From the NCBI RefSeq assembly GCF_054482525.1, contig NZ_CM137006.1: a stretch of DNA of 64,000 nucleotides; one strand, given 5' to 3'. The translations under genes and the position numbers were made by a program. Below, in pieces: positions 23,552 through 35,979 of this stretch; positions within the stretch are counted from its first letter, which is position 1; the number at the start of each line of letters is the position of its first letter. The notes under the pieces are model-generated. The model worked only from the letters and a program-made list of their open reading frames with translations. It had not been told where the DNA came from and did not search any database.

Positions 23552-24283
23552 ATGAATCAACCAATACACAATGCTTACTGGTTATCCCGTTTTGACAGCC
23601 TTCTCGACAGTGCCCTAGTGCAGCACCGTGCCGTCTCGTTAATTCGGGTGGATTTACGTTTTCCTGAGTATATGCCTGCCACTATTATGGATACCGATTT
23701 AGATTCAGCAGTGATTTCTCGTTTTTTCGAATCCCTGAAAGCAAAAATTCAGGCTTACCAGCGGAAAAAACGACGTGCCAACAAGCGTGTGCGTGCAACC
23801 ACTCTGCGTTATTTCTGGTGTCGGGAGTTTGGCAAGGAAAAAGGCAGGAAACATTATCACGTGATATTACTGCTCAACAAAGATACCTGGTGCTCGCCAG
23901 GGGATTTCACCGTTCCTTCTTCGCTGGCGACGCTGATCAAGCTGGCATGGTGCAGTGCTCTGCATCTCGAGCCCTGGCAGGGTAATGGACTGGTTCATTT
24001 TTCCAGGCGGACGCCTTTCCGTAAACCGACATCATCTGATGCTCGCCCTTCTTCCGATGATACGCCTTTGTCGGGTGGATGTTCTGAAACCAGGAAGGCT
24101 TCAGACAAAAAGCCGGGTGAAGCCGCTGTTCTCTGGGTCAAGCGTGGTGATGTGGAAGCGATGCAGAAAGCCATGGAGAGAGCCTGTTATCTCGTGAAGT
24201 ATGAGACGAAGCAGCATGACGGTTCTGGGCAACGTAATTATGGTTGCAGTCGTGGGCCGGGGCGTCTACTGGATGGCAGGTGA
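23552..24283 (+). CDS. inovirus Gp2-family protein (YagK/YfjJ-like)
   Basis: 243 aa; RVDLRFPEY and HYHVILLLNKD motifs parallel the other Gp2-like paralogues. Confidence 0.6.
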   Translation: MNQPIHNAYWLSRFDSLLDSALVQHRAVSLIRVDLRFPEYMPATIMDTDLDSAVISRFFESLKAKIQAYQRKKRRANKRVRATTLRYFWCREFGKEKGRKHYHVILLLNKDTWCSPGDFTVPSSLATLIKLAWCSALHLEPWQGNGLVHFSRRTPFRKPTSSDARPSSDDTPLSGGCSETRKASDKKPGEAAVLWVKRGDVEAMQKAMERACYLVKYETKQHDGSGQRNYGCSRGPGRLLDGR

Positions 24284-24386
24284 GCCCTGTAAAACGGCAT
24301 CCGGTGCCTGAGCATACGTCACGTAATTAACTGTCTTGACCAACAAAATTATGGAGTAACCTGATGGCAGGATTCATTACATTTCT

Positions 24387-25034
<648 letters not shown>

Positions 25035-25051
25035 TATTGCCCATTCTTGCT

Positions 25052-25094
<43 letters not shown>

Positions 25095-25467
25095 TGGCTC
25101 AGCGTATGCGCCATTTGCTTACATATGGGCTTAAACCCTAAGGGGCCCCAGGCTGCATACGCTTTGCCAAATCTGTTCGCTGCTCATGATAACGAAGAAC
25201 CAGGATACAAGGTGGAAGATCCTCAACGCTCAGGGGCGCAATGTTCCCTGTGTTTCATGCCCCCATCGTTTGTTGCTGTGGTGCCAGACTTCTGAGGCAC
25301 CTCCATGTCGTTTTGCTTTTGTCAGCATCATAAATGCGTCGGGACTGGTGAATGGATACAAGCCATTTTATTATCGACGTCAGCGAACATACTCACAATG
25401 TCGGTATATTTCTGAACTGAACAGTAAGTTTTGCGTTGATTACAGTATGCGAAGGAGGTCCATTACA

Positions 25468-27072
25468 ATGAATCCCGATTATGTGCAATCCTTGCAGACA
25501 TCCCACCACTTCCCAGCTGATTTAACCTACAGATTATTTCCTAGTGAGCTTGCGTATCTCATTGACGACTTATATGAAAGTACCCAACTTCCGTTGGAGC
25601 TCATTTTTAATACTGTACTGGCAACGCTCTCACTCTCCTGTCAGTCATTGGTTGACGTTGTTCATCCTCACACCAACATGCCGGAACCCTGCTCACTTTA
25701 TCTGTTGGCAATCGCAGAGCCAGGCGCGGGAAAAACAACGATAAACAGACTGGTGATGAACCCCTGTTACGAATTTGCCGATCGACTCATTCAACAATAC
25801 GAAGAGAGAAACAAAGATTATAAGACTGAACTACAGATCTGGAATACCCGGCAGAAAGCGCTTGCTGCCAATTTAAGAAAGGTTGTTAACCGGGGGTATC
25901 CGGGGGAACAGGAAGAAGAGGCGCTGCGTAATCACGAAAGAAATAAACCGACACGTCCGGTTCGACCGAATTTTATCTATGAAGATGTTTCGCTTAAAGC
26001 GCTTGTGGAAGGGCTCAATGAACATCCTGAGGCAGGGGTTATTTCTGATGAGGCGGTCACTTTTTTCAGAAGCTATCTGAAAAATTATCCGGGCCTGTTG
26101 AATAAAGCATGGAGTGGGCAACCGTTTGATTTTGGACGGGCTGACGAGAAATACCATATCGCGCCACGTCTGACATTTTCGTTAATGTCTCAGCCGGATG
26201 TCTTTACGAATTATATAAATAAAAATGACGTACTGGCGTGGGGAAGCGGATTTCTTTCCCGGTTTCTGTTCAGTCAGGTTGTAAGTTCTTCCTGGATACG
26301 TGATTATACGAGAGGTGAGTTCAGAACAATATCAACCCTGGAGAACTTTCATAAAAAGATTAACGGATTCCTGTTAAACCACAACATTAATTTCCCCGGC
26401 ATGAGCACCGAAAGGAAGACATTAAAACTTGCGAAGAAAGCGTTGGGGGAGTGGCAGGAAAACCAGATTAAGATTGAAAGAAAAGCGCTTGCAGGCGGGG
26501 AGTGGGAACACATCAGAGATATTGTTCTGAAAGCAGGTTCTAATATACTGAGGATAGCTGGAATATTCACCTGCTATTGCTATAAAGATGCTGAGGAAAT
26601 TGAATCAATTGCGCTTTTTAAAGCTATGCATCTCATGGACTGGTATCTGGAGGAGGCGAGCACAATATTTTATCCCATGTCTGCACGATGCCAGTTTGAA
26701 CAGGATGCCTGTGAACTGTATGCATGGATTATGACCCGAATAAGGCAGAATAATTGGCGTGCTATCAGGAAAACAGACATTGAAAGATATGGTCCCAATC
26801 GACTGAGAAGAGCAGAAAAACTTACACCTGTACTCAATCAGTTAATCTGTCAGGGGTATTTATGTATCATCAGAATGCGATCGCATCAGGCACTTTATGT
26901 TTCTGTTTATTGTAACAATGGTTACCTCCTTCCTTTAGGCGCAATGTATTACGAACAGTTTGATATTGTTCTACCCGAGAATATTCATAAAGCGAAAGCA
27001 TATCACGTTAATATTCCACCGGAATTAATTCCGTCATTTGCGTCACCTTTTTCAGAGTATAGCTTATTTTGA
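25468..27072 (+). CDS. DUF3987-type P-loop protein (YfjI-like, P4 alpha C-terminal-like)
   Basis: Start moved from 25186 to ATG at 25468, preceded by AGGAGG at 25453-25458; Walker A AEPGAGKTT; family from memory. Confidence 0.5.
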   Translation: MNPDYVQSLQTSHHFPADLTYRLFPSELAYLIDDLYESTQLPLELIFNTVLATLSLSCQSLVDVVHPHTNMPEPCSLYLLAIAEPGAGKTTINRLVMNPCYEFADRLIQQYEERNKDYKTELQIWNTRQKALAANLRKVVNRGYPGEQEEEALRNHERNKPTRPVRPNFIYEDVSLKALVEGLNEHPEAGVISDEAVTFFRSYLKNYPGLLNKAWSGQPFDFGRADEKYHIAPRLTFSLMSQPDVFTNYINKNDVLAWGSGFLSRFLFSQVVSSSWIRDYTRGEFRTISTLENFHKKINGFLLNHNINFPGMSTERKTLKLAKKALGEWQENQIKIERKALAGGEWEHIRDIVLKAGSNILRIAGIFTCYCYKDAEEIESIALFKAMHLMDWYLEEASTIFYPMSARCQFEQDACELYAWIMTRIRQNNWRAIRKTDIERYGPNRLRRAEKLTPVLNQLICQGYLCIIRMRSHQALYVSVYCNNGYLLPLGAMYYEQFDIVLPENIHKAKAYHVNIPPELIPSFASPFSEYSLF

Positions 27073-28668
27073 AATAACCTTACACAGATAAAACAAAATC
27101 AACCAACCTTCATTCGGAGGTTGGTGATAAGGCGTTTTGCATATCCTGCACCTATGCAAATGTTCACCAATTATGGGGGGGGAATGAGAATTTCTCTGAA
27201 AAAACCGCTACGGTAGCAACAGTAGCAGCACATGCACCACATCTGTGATTTAATTTTGTTTTCATAATGACCTGCTGTCAGAGCTGGTTGAATACAGGAG
27301 TGTGCGCACTGGTGGAAGCATGGCTTTCGTTTTTTATTGATCGAAAGTGAATCGAAAGATTATTTTTAACATAGATTAAAGCTAATCATTAACCATATTG
27401 TGTGAGTTTTCATATATAACTTCGTTTGATTTTCGTCGTGATGAGTGTAGGTGTATATGATAATGTCGGTCTCTGCCTGAATAACGAATGGTTATCACTG
27501 TTACTGAAAAGAGATGCTGTTCAAGTTTGCATTTCAATAGGAGAGTGAAGAAAAATGATTTGATATTTTTTCTGTAAGATAATGGTTTGTCATGTTCGTA
27601 TTCAGAACGGATGATTTCTTATTTTTACTCATCAAACATGGATAATTTTAATTTAGGTTTATTACTATAATTAGTATCTACCCCTTTATTTATCATCCAT
27701 CTCTGCCCTTCATTTTCCCTCTCTGTCTTTACACATTCCATTACTCTTATTCTCATCCAGTTATATTCACTCCCTTCCTTGTCTAATCTTCATTGTCACC
27801 ATTATCATGGTATCCACCTTCTCCATTCCTCAATCATAACTACTGTAACTCATATGATACTCAGATAAGTTATTCTCTACTACGCTATTGCTGATATCCA
27901 TCTGTTCCTGTTTTCAGTAAAATAATAATTTATTTTAATTTTATCCATCATGAGCTGTATTTGCTTAACAATGATTGTTTATCTGATATGTTTTAACCAT
28001 TCTGGTAAATATCAATACTTCTGTCATCACTGATTAACTGAATGCTTACTCTTTAATAAGGTATCCATTATTCTGTAACGATTAGCCGAGCAGGGTAAAT
28101 AACAGAATTAATAGAGTGAATTTCTGATTGTGTTTGTTCGTTCCTGATTATCTTGTATTTTAAATAAAATGAAAATTATCCATCCATGGTATGTTTCATT
28201 CTGGTACCGTGTACCCGTTAACGTTCATATCTTGAACATGAGTTGTTTTTAACAGATAAAATGAGTGCGTGTAAGTTTATTGGGTTACAGGTATCGTGTT
28301 GGCCTTGTACACGGTTTTTTAGAACCATTGAGAGCAAGTTTGTAATTTATGATGGTGATTAGTCGTAATATGTTTCTTGAACTTCTGATCGTGGGTTTTT
28401 ATCGCATATTTTGCAGTATTTCGTGATGTTTATTGATTCTGTATTTTATTCACTCCTCGTTTATCTCATCTCTTTAGCTAATACCATCAGATAATCCATT
28501 TATTTCTGCACAACGCTACGTGTCGTTAATAACCGACGTATCCATTCTGTTACAGCATGCCTGATAAATACCGTCTGTAAGTTATTACCGTTTTAGATCT
28601 GATTATGAGCGAAAGCATTAATTCGTTTACAGCACTTAAAACGTCATTAACTTTCAGGAGTCATCAGC

Positions 28669-29235
28669 ATGCCTAAATCTTACACACCAAACTGGTTTTT
28701 TACCGCTTTACTTGACAATCACATCAATCAGTTGGTCGCACGCTATTCCCGTCTGCGGGCCTTACGCATGGATTTCTTCTACAGGAAAGATACGCCTGAT
28801 TTCTTACAACCTGATCATCGCTGGCTTGAATTGCAGTTGCGTATGCTGCTGGAGCAGGTGGAACAATTTGAAAATATCGTTGGTTTCTTCTGGGTGATTG
28901 AATGGACGGCTGATCATGGTTTTCATGCGCATGCGGTTTTCTGGCTCGATCGTCAGAGGGTTAAAAAAATATATCCCTTTGCGGAGCGGATTACGGAATG
29001 CTGGCAGTCTATTACGCATAACAGCGGTTCGGCACACCGCTGTACATATCAGCCGCATTATACATACAACATCAACATTCCTGTGCGCCACAACGATCCT
29101 GAAAGCATCGATAATATTCGCGGTGCCCTGCATTATCTGGCGAAAGAAGAGCAAAAAGACGGGCTGTGTGCCTACGGCTGCAGTGAAGTTCCTGAGCGTC
29201 CTGCTGCAGGGCGTCCTCGTAAGCCTCACTTCTGA
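28669..29235 (+). CDS. inovirus Gp2-family protein (YagK/YfjJ-like)
   Basis: 188 aa; LRMDFFYRKD, GFHAHAVFWL, ALHYLAKEEQ motifs. Confidence 0.65.
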   Translation: MPKSYTPNWFFTALLDNHINQLVARYSRLRALRMDFFYRKDTPDFLQPDHRWLELQLRMLLEQVEQFENIVGFFWVIEWTADHGFHAHAVFWLDRQRVKKIYPFAERITECWQSITHNSGSAHRCTYQPHYTYNINIPVRHNDPESIDNIRGALHYLAKEEQKDGLCAYGCSEVPERPAAGRPRKPHF

Positions 29236-29518
29236 AGCTTAAGGCCTGAGCCTCCGCTCCTGGAAACACTCCGTCGGTAAAAATCTACCGCCCTGATTAA
29301 TGATGTGAACTGAAGTCAACGGAGATCATTCACCTTAAACCCACCTCAGGAATTTTACACCTGTCTGGTCTCCTGACTGTCCTGGCATACGACATCTGCC
29401 ATCCCCGGTTCCACGGTTATCACATCAACAATCTCAGTACACGACGCCTTCAGTTTCACCATACGCTCGTCTTTCGCTGGCGGGGATGCGTCGTGCGTTT
29501 CCATATGGAGCATATCTT

Positions 29519-30091
29519 ATGAATGGTATCCCTCATTTCGACTATAGCCTGGCGCCCTTCTGGCCGTCTTATCAGAACAAAATCATCGGTGTTCTCAACC
29601 GTGCGCTGCGTGAACAGTCCTGCTCCCGGGTACGGCGGATCCTGCTTCGTCTGCCGTGGGAACATGACAACGCCTTCAGTGACAGAAAAATCTGGTTCGG
29701 TATGGATTTTATCGAAACCGTCAGTGCGCTGATGAATGCAACACCCGGACGTGACCTCTGCTGGCTCCTGACCCGTCATCCTGAAAAACCGGAATACCAC
29801 GTGGTGTTATGCGTCAGACAGGAGTATTTCGATGGCCCTGAACTGGACCGGCTGATTCTGGATGCCTGGAGCAACGTACTGGGCTTCGCGTCACCGGGTG
29901 AAGCGGCACCGTACCAGAAGCAGATAACACGGGATGTGGTGCTGGACAGTCGTTCACCGGACTGCGAAGACATCCTCAAAGAGTTGATATGGGCGTTCAG
30001 TGATTTCGCCCGCGATCGTCGTGGTGTGCGCGATCCGGAAGCCCGTTACCTCGCCGGTAATCCCTGGTATCCCGTAGCAGGCCAGCTCTGA
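29519..30091 (+). CDS. hypothetical protein, possibly a divergent Gp2-family paralogue
   Basis: ORF 29486..30091 trimmed to ATG at 29519 (GGAG 8 nt upstream); RILLRLPWEHD and YHVVLCV resemble Gp2-family motifs. Confidence 0.4.
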   Translation: MNGIPHFDYSLAPFWPSYQNKIIGVLNRALREQSCSRVRRILLRLPWEHDNAFSDRKIWFGMDFIETVSALMNATPGRDLCWLLTRHPEKPEYHVVLCVRQEYFDGPELDRLILDAWSNVLGFASPGEAAPYQKQITRDVVLDSRSPDCEDILKELIWAFSDFARDRRGVRDPEARYLAGNPWYPVAGQL

Positions 30092-30159
30092 AAACACCGT
30101 TCAGCAGATTAATCCGCATTTGCACAACCTTCATAAATCTCATAAAGGACATTCTGACC

Positions 30160-30396
30160 ATGTTGACCTCAATGACAGGCCACGACAGCGTGTTGCTGCG
30201 TGCTGACGATCCCCTGATCGACATGAACTACATCACCAGTTTCACCGGTATGACCGACAAATGGTTTTACAAGCTGATCAGTGAAGGCCATTTCCCGAAA
30301 CCCATCAAGCTGGGCCGCAGCAGCCGCTGGTACAAAAGTGAAGTGGAGCAGTGGATGCAGCAGCGAATTGAGGAATCACGAGGAGCAGCAGCATGA
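30160..30396 (+). CDS. alpA: AlpA-family transcriptional regulator (second copy)
   Basis: 78 aa; GMTDKWFYKLISEGHFPKPIKLGRSSRWYKSEVEQWM. Confidence 0.8.
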   Translation: MLTSMTGHDSVLLRADDPLIDMNYITSFTGMTDKWFYKLISEGHFPKPIKLGRSSRWYKSEVEQWMQQRIEESRGAAA

Positions 30397-30664
30397 AACG
30401 TGTTGTGATGCCGGTACGCTGGCAATGTGCAAAATGCCGGCGCTGGTATTGCGGAAATCAGCCCTGTCCCTGGTGCTGGCGACATTACCGTTCATTTTCC
30501 TGCTGACCCTCTCCGGTCAGCCAGCAGGTTGTAGCTCTTTCCTGACTGATTCGTCATTCCATTCACATTGTTTATAACTGGCATTACACCGGTGTTGATG
30601 CGCACCTTCCCGTGTGTCTGCACCGGCTTAACAAAATTCAACAGGGTTTGAAAAGGAACATTTC

Positions 30665-31213
30665 GTGCAAATAACCGAAGCCTTAATTTCAGAGCCGGGA
30701 GACATCCGGCGTTTTGTTCAGCAGGCGGTGGACCACTGGCCGCGTCTGCTGGCAGTCCACTTCACGCTCCATTCGGCTGAAGGAAACATCAACGGGCAAC
30801 AGATTCAGGCATTCTGTACTTCCTTTTACCGACAGGTGCACGAACGTATTACTGAGCGTAATCACACTGCCTGTCCATCCTCGCCGGTGGTATTACGCTG
30901 GTTGCGGGAACAACATGGAGGAGCAACAATACGATGCCTGTTGCTGCTCAGCCAGACGAGCATTTGCCATCCGCGGGCCAGTGCCACGGTTGATGAAGAA
31001 TGTTCGCAACGGGTGGATTTATTGCAACAGACCTGGAAGGTGATAAGCGCTGGCGGACAATGCCAGGTTGAAAGGTGTTTTCGGGTTGCCCGGGGTGATA
31101 CATCTGGCCAGTATGTTGCGTTAAAAACAGTCGCATTGTCTCTGGGGTTACCGGTTGTGATCGCCATTACCCATCGTCCGGTACAGCGCTGTACATTGAT
31201 TACAGCTCAGTGA
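30665..31213 (+). CDS. hypothetical protein (182 aa); may be a decayed gene
   Basis: ORF only; high Cys/Arg content, no motif. Confidence 0.3.
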   Translation: MQITEALISEPGDIRRFVQQAVDHWPRLLAVHFTLHSAEGNINGQQIQAFCTSFYRQVHERITERNHTACPSSPVVLRWLREQHGGATIRCLLLLSQTSICHPRASATVDEECSQRVDLLQQTWKVISAGGQCQVERCFRVARGDTSGQYVALKTVALSLGLPVVIAITHRPVQRCTLITAQ

Positions 31214-31231
31214 ATCAGCGCAGTTGTGCAG

Positions 31232-31534
31232 TCAACGAGGTTTTCTGGCTTTTCGTCGGTCATTCAGCATCATTAAACGGGTCTCTGCCTCTTTCTGTTC
31301 CTGTGGTGTCACTTCCCCGCACGGCTGACCGTTCAGGTTGTAACGGGCGCCACCTGCTATTAACGCACGGTAATAGCGCGGAGACTGCACATAAGACGCC
31401 ACTGCTGCATGTAATGTACCAGCGCCAAACGCCAGTTCTCGGATGGCGATATCCTGTATCAGGTCGTCAGGTATCCCCACTTTAAGTGGTTTTGTTTTTT
31501 TCCCGGTTGAATGACTCAGGCCAGAGTTCCACAA
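31232..31534 (-). CDS. hypothetical protein (100 aa)
   Basis: ORF only. Confidence 0.3.
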   Translation of the reverse strand: MWNSGLSHSTGKKTKPLKVGIPDDLIQDIAIRELAFGAGTLHAAVASYVQSPRYYRALIAGGARYNLNGQPCGEVTPQEQKEAETRLMMLNDRRKARKPR

Positions 31535-32128
31535 GACGAATAATGCGCTTACGGTTTTTGCTCTGGCGTTTTGTCATGTCGCCACGGTGTTTTATCAGCA
31601 GGTTTCTGTTTATCGTTCAACTGTGGTATCTGGTCACCGGCCTTCATTTTGTATGCTGTGTCCGTTTTATCCTGCAGCGGCGTTGCCGGTGATTTACTGA
31701 AAATACCCTGCGGTTTACGGTTAATGGTCAGAGTTACCATCAATTTTGTTACCTCGCGCTGTCAATGGAAGTAGTACCTCATCCGATATCTGAAAATGTT
31801 TTCCGGTGGATGTTACAGCGAATTTCATGTAAGACATGTTGTTGTCGGTATTGTTCAGTACTGTGCGTTGTGAGCGTATTCGTTATCAGACAGAGGGGCA
31901 GGGAACAAACGTCAGAGGTTAAGGATATCCGGGAACAAATGGCGTAAACGGACATCTCAGTGCCTGAGAAACAGTACAGGTCAGGCCATCATGGCCTGCA
32001 AACAGAGCCCTGGCGACCCCGTGGCCGAAAACGAAACAATAACCCGCGCGCAGTGCGAGGAATCCGGATGTGAAGCAATCAGCAGGTAATATTAATGGCA
32101 GGACCAGCAGGTTCTTTAAACAAACGAA

Positions 32129-32891
32129 GGTGGTGACTCCAATTAGTAGAACATATATTTTTCGATAAAGGCACCGATGACTTTTTCATGAAGTTCTACA
32201 GAGCGCGAGAAACAGATAGTTCTGCGGGCCAGACGTTTGATTCGGGTTCTCAGAGGTAGATGTTGCGCTCAATGCGCTGAGTAAAAATCTTACCAGTCAG
32301 ATGCTTCTCCTTCGGTAACTCTCTGGTGTAACTACCCCATTCGTCAGTGGTCAACATACCGATGGTAAAAGGGCAAGCAGCGCCAGCAATTCACGACAGG
32401 TTTAATCAGTCCGTAGGCCAAAAGTGTAGGCCAGAACGCCACCAGTTTTCGTGTTGTACGTGTACCAGAGCCAGTGCTGTCGCGCTTTACTGCCGACAAA
32501 ACTCCATTGCTCATCAAGTTCGCAGATGAGAGCCATATCAGCATGAGCGACCGGGTATGACGTTATTCTTCGTGGCGAGAGTTTTTTAAAGTCCGGATGA
32601 CAGTATTAATGCCGATTTTCAGCGTACGGGCAGTATCGCGAACTCCGGCACCGTTGAAAGCCATTTCAGTGATTTGCTCTTTAACTCCCGGTTTACGGGC
32701 CTCGTAACGGTAAGTGAGCTGAAGCACTCGATGACAGTCACGGCAGCGAAATCGATCATGTCCTTTGGGTTCTTCCCGTGACGGTAAACCTGAACGGACT
32801 GGCAACAGGAGCAATGAAGGTTAACTGTGACCATGAAAGAACCTTAAAAGTGGCTATTATACCCCTAATTCAACTAATTGGAGTCATGACC
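32129..32891 (-). mobile_element. IS1-family element, divergent, insB degenerate
   Basis: Terminal inverted repeats ggtggtgactccaattagt (32129..) and reverse complement ...aattggagtcatgacc (..32891); InsA-like ORF intact, InsB frame broken. Confidence 0.6.
32563..32814 (-). CDS. insA: IS1-family InsA
   Basis: 83 aa; CxxC...QLTYRYEARKPG...MAFNGAGVRDTARTLKIGINTVIRTLKNS parallels IS1 InsA. Confidence 0.65.
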   Translation of the reverse strand: MLLLPVRSGLPSREEPKGHDRFRCRDCHRVLQLTYRYEARKPGVKEQITEMAFNGAGVRDTARTLKIGINTVIRTLKNSRHEE

Positions 32892-33182
32892 GTATTCATA
32901 ATGGATTAGGTTCAGCAGTTGCTGAAGTGCTTGTAGAAACTTGTCCTGTGCCCATGCGTCGGGTGGGGGTTAAAGAGCGGTATGGCCAGGTTGAAACTCA
33001 GGACTTTTTACAGAGAGAGTACGGGTTAACCGCGCAAGCTATTGTGGCGGCAGCCAGAGAGCTATTGTAATTCATGGAGTTTGTTTACCATTCTGTTTTT
33101 CTTAAAAGTGAGTGTCTGTGCGGTCACTAAACTCGGTAATAAAGCAGTTCATTGCAGGATAAGAAGCGTTTGGTTGTGTCGT

Positions 33183-33440
33183 TTTACCGTAAGAACCGAC
33201 CGCCGTATGTATCCATTAAGCCAGTATTGGTAACGTAGGTGCCCACCTTTTCAAACTGGTGGGCGCCTGTTATGGAGCAAAAACATTATCCGCAGAACCC
33301 CGCAGATCATTTTCAAATGAGTTAAACTTCAAATGGTTAAACTGGTTTTGCAACCAGGAGCCTCTGTTGCCCGTATTGCCCGGGAACACGATATCAATGA
33401 TAACCTCCTGTTCAAATGGCTCAGACTCTGGCAGAACGTA
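33183..33440 (+). mobile_element. IS66-family left-end remnant with frameshifted tnpA (orf1) start
   Basis: Terminal sequence begins gtaag...; downstream frame encodes MVKLVLQPGASVARIAREHDINDNLLFKWLRLWQ; same ~75-bp end repeated at 53082..53158. Confidence 0.4.
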
Positions 33441-34296
33441 AGGTAAAGGGAGATGAAAAAGGCAATAGCAGAACTGAGTGACAGTGAAACCATTCTGGCG
33501 TACAGGGTTGGATGGTGAAACTGATAAAAAACCCCCTCTGAAATTCTGTCAGAGGGGCTAGTCAATAAGGGAATAATATTCAACATGAAGATGTCTTCTG
33601 GGAATGTTTATATAGCAAATGCTTTCACTCCGGTAATTAATTTCCGTGATTAACTGCTTTCGATCAATAAAGGAATTGCAAAAGTGTGATCTTGTTCACG
33701 ACATCGTGGATAATAATATGCCTGATGTCTGAATCCGGAAACAGTGCTCTGGCGGGTTTCATGTGAAGTTGACGGATAAAAAATCCGCACGACCAGACAG
33801 ACGTGCGGTTTACGAAATTCGTAACAAGAGGCTTTTCTACGGATCACGTGGTGCGTGCCACGTGAAATTTTTGTAGCGCAAAATGTGCAATGTGTAAATA
33901 CAAGGAAGGAAAAAAGTTAAATTGGTAGAAGTCCATGCCTGCCACATGTACGTCTGCATTCCTCGTTTTGAACAGAATTCTCACCAGACATCGTGAATTT
34001 CTCATTCAATCATCAGAGATATTAACCAGGATTTTTATTGTTTTGTGATATCAGCAGTGCAGGTATACAGACGTTAAAGTAATCAGGTTTATTATAACCA
34101 CCTTTACAAAGTTGTATATGTTTATAATTTAATGATTTTAATGCCAGTCGTTTTCTGCTGCTTAAATTGAGGTCGCATATTATACACAATAATATTCCTG
34201 GCATTATTAAATTAATAAAAGAGGATTCTTATCACTGTATTTTTGCTCCGCACTACCGTTCTGGCTGGTGAAGTAATAATACAGGAGAATAACAGA

Positions 34297-34863
34297 ATGC
34301 TTAAAAGACGTGATGCTTTTTTAAAGAAAAGCGCGCTGGCAGTGAGTGTGGCCCTGCTGCTCTCGGCTCAGGCTCAGGCTGTTTTGACAGGGCCTGTTGA
34401 TGCTAATTCTTCCAGCTTACTGATTGGAGAAAACTCTTTTATTACGAATTCAACTGGTACAGCTAATAACACTTTCCTTTTGGGAGGTGGCGCTTTTAAC
34501 ATGGATTCACCAGGAAGTCTTCAGTTTGGCTCTTTTTCGGGAGTGTATAATTCTCCACACAGTGTCACCCTGGGAAGGGATGCCGGTCAGGCTGAGTCAA
34601 AATATGGTGTTGCCATAGGTAAGAGCGCTGAGGTACTTAATTCACAGCAGAGTGTTGCTATTGGGGGATGGGCTGGAATAGAAAATTCTTCAGGCTCTGT
34701 AGCTCTGGGCCATGGCTCACAGGTGTCGGGAGAAAATAACGTGGTATCTGTTGGTGCCGGACCTGAGGGATATGGAGAGAGTGTCAAAGGAGCACCGGAA
34801 ACCCACTCTATTGTAAACAAGACATTTTTATCTTTTATATTCAATGGCTTATTTTCCTGCTAA
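34297..34863 (+). pseudogene. N-terminal fragment of a trimeric autotransporter (YadA-like) adhesin
   Basis: Signal peptide MLKRRDAFLKKSALAVSVALLLSAQAQA then head-type repeats (SVAIGGWAGIENSSGSVALGHGSQVSGENNVVSVGAG); ORF ends abruptly at the resistance-module junction. Confidence 0.55.
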
Positions 34864-35103
34864 TTGGTAATACCATGAAAAATACCATGCTCAGAAAAGG
34901 CTTAACAATATTTTGAAAAATTGCCTACTGAGCGCTGCCGCACAGCTCCATAGGCCGCTTTCCTGGCTTTGCTTCCAGATGTATGCTATTCTGCTCCTGC
35001 AGCTAATGGATCACCGCAAACAGGTTACTCGCCTGGGGATTCCCTTTCGACCCGAGCATCCGTATGAGACTCATGCTCGATTATTATTATTATAGAAGCC
35101 CCC

Positions 35104-35919
35104 ATGAATAAATCGCTCATCATTTTCGGCATCGTCAACATAACCTCGGACAGTTTCTCCGATGGAGGCCGGTATCTGGCGCCAGACGCAGCCATTGCGC
35201 AGGCGCGTAAGCTGATGGCCGAGGGGGCAGATGTGATCGACCTCGGTCCGGCATCCAGCAATCCCGACGCCGCGCCTGTTTCGTCCGACACAGAAATCGC
35301 GCGTATCGCGCCGGTGCTGGACGCGCTCAAGGCAGATGGCATTCCCGTCTCGCTCGACAGTTATCAACCCGCGACGCAAGCCTATGCCTTGTCGCGTGGT
35401 GTGGCCTATCTCAATGATATTCGCGGTTTTCCAGACGCTGCGTTCTATCCGCAATTGGCGAAATCATCTGCCAAACTCGTCGTTATGCATTCGGTGCAAG
35501 ACGGGCAGGCAGATCGGCGCGAGGCACCCGCTGGCGACATCATGGATCACATTGCGGCGTTCTTTGACGCGCGCATCGCGGCGCTGACGGGAGCCGGTAT
35601 CAAACGCAACCGCCTTGTCCTTGATCCCGGCATGGGGTTTTTTCTGGGGGCTGCTCCCGAAACCTCGCTCTCGGTGCTGGCGCGGTTCGATGAATTGCGG
35701 CTGCGCTTCGATTTGCCGGTGCTTCTGTCTGTTTCGCGCAAATCCTTTCTGCGCGCGCTCACAGGCCGTGGTCCGGGGGATGTCGGGGCCGCGACACTCG
35801 CTGCAGAGCTTGCCGCCGCCGCAGGTGGAGCTGACTTCATCCGCACACACGAGCCGCGCCCCTTGCGCGACGGGCTGGCGGTATTGGCGGCGCTGAAAGA
35901 AACCGCAAGAATTCGTTAA
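35104..35919 (+). CDS. sul2: sulfonamide-resistant dihydropteroate synthase Sul2
   Basis: 271-aa product matches Sul2 as I recall it. Confidence 0.95.
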   Translation: MNKSLIIFGIVNITSDSFSDGGRYLAPDAAIAQARKLMAEGADVIDLGPASSNPDAAPVSSDTEIARIAPVLDALKADGIPVSLDSYQPATQAYALSRGVAYLNDIRGFPDAAFYPQLAKSSAKLVVMHSVQDGQADRREAPAGDIMDHIAAFFDARIAALTGAGIKRNRLVLDPGMGFFLGAAPETSLSVLARFDELRLRFDLPVLLSVSRKSFLRALTGRGPGDVGAATLAAELAAAAGGADFIRTHEPRPLRDGLAVLAALKETARIR

Positions 35920-35979
35920 CTGCACATTCGGGATATTTCTCTATATTCGCGCTTCATCAGAAAACTGAAGGAACCTCCA

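Noticed and set aside
25186-25467. Upstream extension of the DUF3987-like ORF to 628 aa
   Set aside because: The extension has no RBS and reads through decayed IS-like sequence; a strong AGGAGG precedes the ATG at 25468, which was taken as the start.
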